A stretch of 64,000 nucleotides of DNA, taken from NCBI GenBank assembly GCA_963663895.2, contig CAXXRD010000002.1, forward strand, positions 224,001-288,000, given 5' to 3'. Below are positions 58,906 through 64,000 of this stretch, piece by piece (position 1 is the stretch's first letter; every line of letters starts with the position of its first letter). The stretch comes from Dehalococcoidia bacterium (GTDB lineage Bacteria > Chloroflexota > Dehalococcoidia > Bin125). Position numbers and translations under genes: made by a program. The notes beneath the pieces were generated by a model. That model saw only the letters and a program-made list of their open reading frames with translations, did not search any database and was not told where the DNA came from.

Positions 58906-59399
58906 GGGCGGCAGCGGGCAGCCGCCGCATCGTCGTCGGGGCGACGATCAACGACGAGCCGCAGGAGTTCCTGGCGGACGAGCGCGACAGCCTGCTGGAG
59001 GCGCTGCGCGAGCGCATCGGCCTCACGGGGGTCAAGGAGGGCTGCAACAACGGCAACTGCGGCGCCTGCACGGTGATCCTGGACGGCCGCCTCGTCTGCG
59101 CGTGCCTGGTGATGGCGGCGGAGGTGGAGGGGTCGGCGATCACGACGATCGAGGGGATCGCGTCGAGCGAGGGGCTCCACCCCTTGCAGCAAGCCTTCCT
59201 CGATGATGCGGCCCTGCAGTGCGGGGTCTGCACGCCGGGGTTCATCGTCGCGGCCAAGGCGCTGCTGGACGTCAACCCACACCCTGCGGAAGATGACGTG
59301 CGTCTGTGGCTGGCCGGCAATCTCTGCCGCTGCACGGGTTACGACAAGATCGTGCAGGCGGTGCTCGACGCGGCCGGCGACGGGAAGGAGTCCGCCTAA
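58902..59399 (+). CDS. (2Fe-2S)-binding subunit (CoxS-like)
   Basis: GCNNGNCGAC...C and QCGVCTPG...NLCRCTGY. Confidence 0.93.
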   Translation: MRAAAGSRRIVVGATINDEPQEFLADERDSLLEALRERIGLTGVKEGCNNGNCGACTVILDGRLVCACLVMAAEVEGSAITTIEGIASSEGLHPLQQAFLDDAALQCGVCTPGFIVAAKALLDVNPHPAEDDVRLWLAGNLCRCTGYDKIVQAVLDAAGDGKESA

Positions 59400-61684
59400 T
59401 GGTGACGACGGAGAAGCCCTACAAGGTTGTCGGGACGCGCCCGATCCGGCCGGACGGGACCGACAAGGTCACCGGGCGGGCCAACTACGGTGCGGACATC
59501 CGGCTGCCGGGCATGCTGTACGGGCGGGTGAAGCGCAGCCCGATCGCGCACGGCACGATCAAGCGGATCGACGCCTCGAAAGCCTTGGCGCTGGCGGGCG
59601 TGCGGGCGGTGATGACGGCGGAGGACCTGCCGCGCAAAGGGAGGCGCGAGTTCGCGCCGCTGGGCTCGGTCAAGATCAGCCTCGCCACCCTCTCCGGCAA
59701 CGTCATGGCGCGCGACAAGGTGCGCTACGAGGGGCACGCGGTGGCGGCGGTCTGCGCGACGGACCCCCACATCGCCGAGGACGCGCTGGAGCTGATCGAG
59801 GTCGAGTACGAGGAGCTGCCGCCCGTCCTGCACGCCGACGAGGCGATGCTGGCCTCCGCGCCGCTGATCGATGAAGCGCTGCACACGCGCGAGATGGCGA
59901 CGGGCGAGTCGGCCGAGGAGCCGAGCAACGTCGCCATGCACTTCGTGGCGGAGATGGGGGACGTGGAGGCGGGCTTCGCGGAGGCGGACGTCGTCCTGGA
60001 GCGGACGTTCAAGACGCAGATGGTGCATCAAGGCTACATCGAGCCGCACAACGCCACGGCGTTCTGGCGGCAGGACGGCGGCCTCGAGATCTGGTGCAGC
60101 ACGCAGGCGACCTTCGTCATGCGCGACCATCTGGCGGGCCTGCTGGAGCATCCGGTGTCGCAGATCCGCGTCACGCCGCAAGAGATCGGCGGCGGCTTCG
60201 GCGGGAAGATCTCCGTGTACCTGGAGCCGCTGGCCGCGGTGCTGTCCCGCAAGACGGGCAAGCCGGTCAAGATGACGCTGACGCGCGACGAGGTCTTCCG
60301 CGCGACCGGACCGACCTCCGGCACCGCGATCCGCGTGAAGCTGGGCGCCAAGCGCGACGGCACGCTGGTCGCGGCCGCGGGCGAGTTGGTCTACGAGGCC
60401 GGCGCCTTTCCAGGGTCGCCGGTGGCCGCGGGCGTGCGCTGCATCTTCACCGCCCACGCGATCCCGAACCAACGCATCGACGGCTACGACGTGCTCGTCA
60501 ACAAGCCCAAGGTGCAGCCCTACCGCGCGCCGGGCGCGCCGGCCGCCTGCTTTGCGACCGATTCCGTGATGGACGAGCTGGCGGAGCGGCTGGATCTCGA
60601 TCCGATCGCCCTGCGGCTCAAGAACGCGGCCGTGGAGGGCACGCGCAGCGCCGACGGCGCGGCCTTCGGCGTGATCGGAAGCCGCGATTGCCTGGAGGCG
60701 ATCCGCAACAGCCCGCACTACCGCTCCGAGCTACAGGGCCCCAACCGGGGCCGCGGCGTGGCGCACGGGTACTGGTACAACGCGGGGCTGGAGTCGAGCG
60801 CCTACGCCAGCGTCAACTCTGACGGGACGGTGGCGCTGGTGCTGGGGTCGCCGGACATCGGCGGCACCCGCGCCTCGATCGCGATGCAGCTGGCGGAGAC
60901 GCTGGGCATCGCGGCCGAGCGCGTGATCCCGCAAGTGGTCGACACGGATTCCGTGGGCTTCACGAGCGTGACGGGCGGCAGCCGCACGGCCTTCGCCGGC
61001 GGCTGGGCCGCCCACGAGGCGGGGCTGGACCTGCGCCAGCAGCTGGCTGCGCGCGCGGCCAAGATCTGGGGCGTCGAGGCCGAGCAGGTGCGCTACCGGG
61101 ACGACGCGGTGATCGTCGGTCCGGCCGGGGAGGACGGCGGCGAGCGGTCGATCACGTTCACGGAGCTGGCGGCGAAGCTGGCAAGTACGGGCGGAATGAT
61201 CGTGGGGCGGGCGGACAGCAACCACGCGAGCGCGGCGCCGACGTTCGCGACGCACCTCGTCGACGTGGAGGTCGACCCGGAGACGGGCAAGGTCGAGGTC
61301 CTGCGCTACACGGCCGCGCAGGACGTGGGCACGGCGATCCATCCGTCCTACGTGGAAGGACAGATCCAAGGCGGCGTGTCGCAGGGCGTGGGATGGGCGC
61401 TCAACGAGGAGTACCGCTTCGACGAGAAGGGGCGGATGGAGAACGCGAGCTTCCTGGACTACCGCATGCCGACCGCGCTGGACCTGCCGATGATCGAAAC
61501 GGTGTTGGTCGAGGTGCCGAACCCCGGCCATCCCTACGGGGTGCGCGGCGTGGGCGAGGTGCCGATCGTGCCGCCGCTGGCCGCCGTCGCGAACGCGGTG
61601 CACGCGGCCACCGGGCATCGCTTCACCGAGCTCCCGATCTCCCCGGGCGCCGTGCTCGAGAAGCTGCTGCCCGGCGAGGACTAG
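59399..61684 (+). CDS. Xanthine dehydrogenase family molybdopterin-binding subunit
   Basis: DKVTGRA.Y, IGGGFGGK, PYRAPG, GVRGVGE. Confidence 0.92.
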   Translation: MVTTEKPYKVVGTRPIRPDGTDKVTGRANYGADIRLPGMLYGRVKRSPIAHGTIKRIDASKALALAGVRAVMTAEDLPRKGRREFAPLGSVKISLATLSGNVMARDKVRYEGHAVAAVCATDPHIAEDALELIEVEYEELPPVLHADEAMLASAPLIDEALHTREMATGESAEEPSNVAMHFVAEMGDVEAGFAEADVVLERTFKTQMVHQGYIEPHNATAFWRQDGGLEIWCSTQATFVMRDHLAGLLEHPVSQIRVTPQEIGGGFGGKISVYLEPLAAVLSRKTGKPVKMTLTRDEVFRATGPTSGTAIRVKLGAKRDGTLVAAAGELVYEAGAFPGSPVAAGVRCIFTAHAIPNQRIDGYDVLVNKPKVQPYRAPGAPAACFATDSVMDELAERLDLDPIALRLKNAAVEGTRSADGAAFGVIGSRDCLEAIRNSPHYRSELQGPNRGRGVAHGYWYNAGLESSAYASVNSDGTVALVLGSPDIGGTRASIAMQLAETLGIAAERVIPQVVDTDSVGFTSVTGGSRTAFAGGWAAHEAGLDLRQQLAARAAKIWGVEAEQVRYRDDAVIVGPAGEDGGERSITFTELAAKLASTGGMIVGRADSNHASAAPTFATHLVDVEVDPETGKVEVLRYTAAQDVGTAIHPSYVEGQIQGGVSQGVGWALNEEYRFDEKGRMENASFLDYRMPTALDLPMIETVLVEVPNPGHPYGVRGVGEVPIVPPLAAVANAVHAATGHRFTELPISPGAVLEKLLPGED

Positions 61685-61694
61685 CGGTCCGGCC

Positions 61695-61967
61695 GTGGCG
61701 CGCGTCTTCATCCCCGCGACGCTGCGCGATCGTTGCGACGGCCGCAGCGAGGTCGAGGTCGAGGGAGCAACGCTGCGGCAGATCGTCGAGAACCTCGACG
61801 CGGCCTGTCCGGGGATCGCGGCGCGAATCCTGGAAGGGGAGGCCGTACGTCCCGACTTGGCGCTGGCGGTGAACGGCGTCGTGGGAGCGGAGGGGCTGCT
61901 GGAACGGGTGCCGGACGGCGCGGAGATTCAGATCATGCCCGCGATCGCGGGCGGCGGCGCGGGGTGA
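61695..61967 (+). CDS. MoaD/ThiS family sulfur carrier
   Basis: Beta-grasp pattern ending PAIAGG(GAG). Confidence 0.85.
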   Translation: MARVFIPATLRDRCDGRSEVEVEGATLRQIVENLDAACPGIAARILEGEAVRPDLALAVNGVVGAEGLLERVPDGAEIQIMPAIAGGGAG

Positions 61968-62008
61968 CGCGGGCGCTTGAGCCGACTGCTCGTTCGGCTC
62001 ACGGCTAT

Positions 62009-63487
62009 TTAGTTAGTGCGGAAGCTGCCGTCGTAGAACGTGCCGAGGTAGGCGCCCCAGCTCACTGCGTCCGAACCGAGAGGCCCCAGCGCCCGGCGCT
62101 CCAGCGTCCACCCGGCGTCGTCAAAACGGCTCTGCACGAGATCGAGGGCGCCATCGGCGTCGAGATCGATAACGAGGCCCGTCCCGAAAGTGGTGCCGGC
62201 CGTGGCGAGCAGCTCCGTCACCCGCCAGCCGTCTGGATCGATGAGCAGAAGCCGCTGGTTCGCGTCCTCCTCCAAGGGGCTCAGCGTGATGAGCACCTCG
62301 TCCCGGTCATCGCCCACGAGATCCACGGCGAGCGGCGAGGAGAGCAGCGGCAGATCGAACCGCTCCCGCCACAGCAGCTCGCCCGTGGCGCCCGACACCG
62401 CTACGAGGATCGAGGCGGTGTAGGCGGGCAGCATGCCAACGCTGAAGGCGGCGAACAGGTCGGGGACTGCGTCGCCGTCCAAGAAGCCGACGGCCGGGGT
62501 CGCCCAGGTCTCGCTGTCGGGGAACCGCTGCCGCCAAAGCGGCTCGACGGACTCCCCGTCGAGCGCGACGAGGCGTCCGTCGAACGTGGCGGCAACGATG
62601 TCCAGGGTGCCGTCGTCCGTCAGATCGACCAGGGCCGGGGACGCCACGAGCCCGCGGCGATTGTCGGGGGCGATCACCTCCCGTGAACGCGAGAGGTCTC
62701 CCGCGATCACGTCGGCCAGCGGCACGACCCAGAGCGAGCCGGCCAGCGTTTCGCCCCCGGTGCCGAAGACGACGAGATCCGTCCCGTCGGACGCGCGCCG
62801 GTAGACGAGCGCCGACATGTAGGTTTCCGCTGCGTCCGGCGTCTCCCCCGCCGCCAGGATCGCGCCCGAGCGGCCGCTCAGCACCATGAGGTGGCCCGGC
62901 GGGCGGGGATAGAAGGGCGGCAGTCCCGGGTCACCCCCGTTCGCGACCAGGACCTCCGGCACGGCGTCCCCGTCGAGATCGTCGAGGAACTGGGGCGTGT
63001 AGAAGTTGTACCAGCCGTCGAAGTCGGCATATCCGCGCGGGTAGAAGAGCCACAGGACCTCCCCGCTGCGTCCGTCGATCGCGTAGAGCTCGGCATTGCG
63101 CCCGCCGATCACGATGTCCGGCGTGCCGTCGCCGGTGAGGTCGGCGAGGCCGGGCGATCCGAAGATCTCGTCGCGCGTTTGGACGCGCCAGAGCTCGATT
63201 CCGGTGCGCCCGTCGCGCGCCGTGACATAGCCGGCTTGGGGGAGCGTCTCCTGGCCGTGGCCGAGCACGATATCGAGGACGCCGTCGCCGGTGAGATCGG
63301 CGGCGCGGGGCGAGGAGAAGATCCGGAGCTCGCCGCCGGCCACCCACTCCAGCGCCAAGCTGGGGCGGGCGGGCTCCGCCTCGTCACCACAGGCGGCGCC
63401 GAGCGCGCCGAGCGCGCCGAGCGCGAGCAGGCCGGCCGCGGCAACCAGCCCGGCGCCGTTCAGGCACGCGTTCGTCATCCTGCCCAT
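62009..63487 (-). CDS. FG-GAP/PQQ-like beta-propeller lipoprotein
   Basis: GAAC lipobox; repeated SSP..ADLTGDG..DIV and A.DGR.G..LW; start uncertain. Confidence 0.8.
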   Translation of the reverse strand: MGRMTNACLNGAGLVAAAGLLALGALGALGAACGDEAEPARPSLALEWVAGGELRIFSSPRAADLTGDGVLDIVLGHGQETLPQAGYVTARDGRTGIELWRVQTRDEIFGSPGLADLTGDGTPDIVIGGRNAELYAIDGRSGEVLWLFYPRGYADFDGWYNFYTPQFLDDLDGDAVPEVLVANGGDPGLPPFYPRPPGHLMVLSGRSGAILAAGETPDAAETYMSALVYRRASDGTDLVVFGTGGETLAGSLWVVPLADVIAGDLSRSREVIAPDNRRGLVASPALVDLTDDGTLDIVAATFDGRLVALDGESVEPLWRQRFPDSETWATPAVGFLDGDAVPDLFAAFSVGMLPAYTASILVAVSGATGELLWRERFDLPLLSSPLAVDLVGDDRDEVLITLSPLEEDANQRLLLIDPDGWRVTELLATAGTTFGTGLVIDLDADGALDLVQSRFDDAGWTLERRALGPLGSDAVSWGAYLGTFYDGSFRTN

Positions 63488-63604
63488 TCCGGTGCGCTGC
63501 TCCCGCCGGCCGAGCGTAGCAGCAGCGTACGGTACGGTTGCTACACTTTCGGCAATACGAACGGCGGCAAGACGAGCGGCCGCGTACTCGGGAGACGCTG
63601 GATC

Positions 63605-64000
63605 GTGCCCACGGCAGAGCCCATCGACGCGAACGTCTTCACATTCGAGGCGGACGAACTGCGCATCAAGGCCAGCGAGTGCGCGGCCTGCGGAGCGCGC
63701 TTCCATCCTCCCCGGCGATGTTGCGCGCGATGCGCGAGCGGGGAGATGCGCGCCCGCGTCGCCGATCCCGCCGGCACGATCGAGACGTTCACGATCGTGC
63801 ACCAGCGTCCACCCGGAGGGCTGCCGGAGCCGCCCTATACGCTGGCCGACGTCCGGCTGCGAAGCGGCGAGCGCTTTGCTTGCGTGAGCCTCGATACCGC
63901 TGGAATGACGATCGGTGCGCCGGTGCGGCTGCGCGTGGCGGCGTTCGACACCGATACCGGCCCGCGCGCGGGTCTTGTGTTCGATTTGGCACCGGAAGGA
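63605..64000 (+). CDS. Zn-ribbon/OB-fold (DUF35) protein, partial
   Basis: Manual translation: C..CG....PPRRCCARC...GTIETFTIVH...PYTLADVRL; no stop before the window end. Confidence 0.8.
   Translation, partial: MPTAEPIDANVFTFEADELRIKASECAACGARFHPPRRCCARCASGEMRARVADPAGTIETFTIVHQRPPGGLPEPPYTLADVRLRSGERFACVSLDTAGMTIGAPVRLRVAAFDTDTGPRAGLVFDLAPEG

Noticed and set aside
58033-61684. True aerobic CO dehydrogenase coxMSL
   Set aside because: The large subunit has PYRAPG, not AYXCSFR; generic xanthine dehydrogenase family
61695-61967. MoaD/ThiS as the ubiquitin-like partner of the CBASS E2
   Set aside because: It lies 45 kb away in a molybdoenzyme operon; a cofactor sulfur-carrier role explains it

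Overview
High-GC bacterial DNA. The gene content (LLM monooxygenase, CaiB/BaiF CoA-transferases, xanthine/CO-dehydrogenase-family molybdoenzymes, secreted Cache/CotH/FG-GAP proteins, an ERG4/ERG24 sterol reductase) suggests Chloroflexota (Dehalococcoidia/SAR202-like), possibly host-associated. That taxonomy is inference only. An intact tRNA-Gly(CCC) at 4513-4587 is followed by three direct copies of its 3' half (21740, 42778, 55055). These divide about 50 kb into tandem tRNA-anchored islands, and only a broken tyrosine-integrase fragment remains. Island 1 is a defence island. It carries a CBASS-like operon (CD-NTase with a C-terminal GG motif, a stand-alone E2-like protein and an unrecognised single-TM putative effector) divergent from a CapH/CapP-like HTH + metallopeptidase pair, plus Mrr, HicAB and gene debris. 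Other highlights: a UGA-recoded GrdB/PrdB-like selenoprotein with a SECIS-like hairpin, missed by the ORF track; a DUF5131 + TcmP pair preceded by a LexA-like box; and two secreted multi-Cache proteins sharing an N-terminal module, with a 79-bp junction repeat. All family assignments come from motif recognition by eye; no searches were run.
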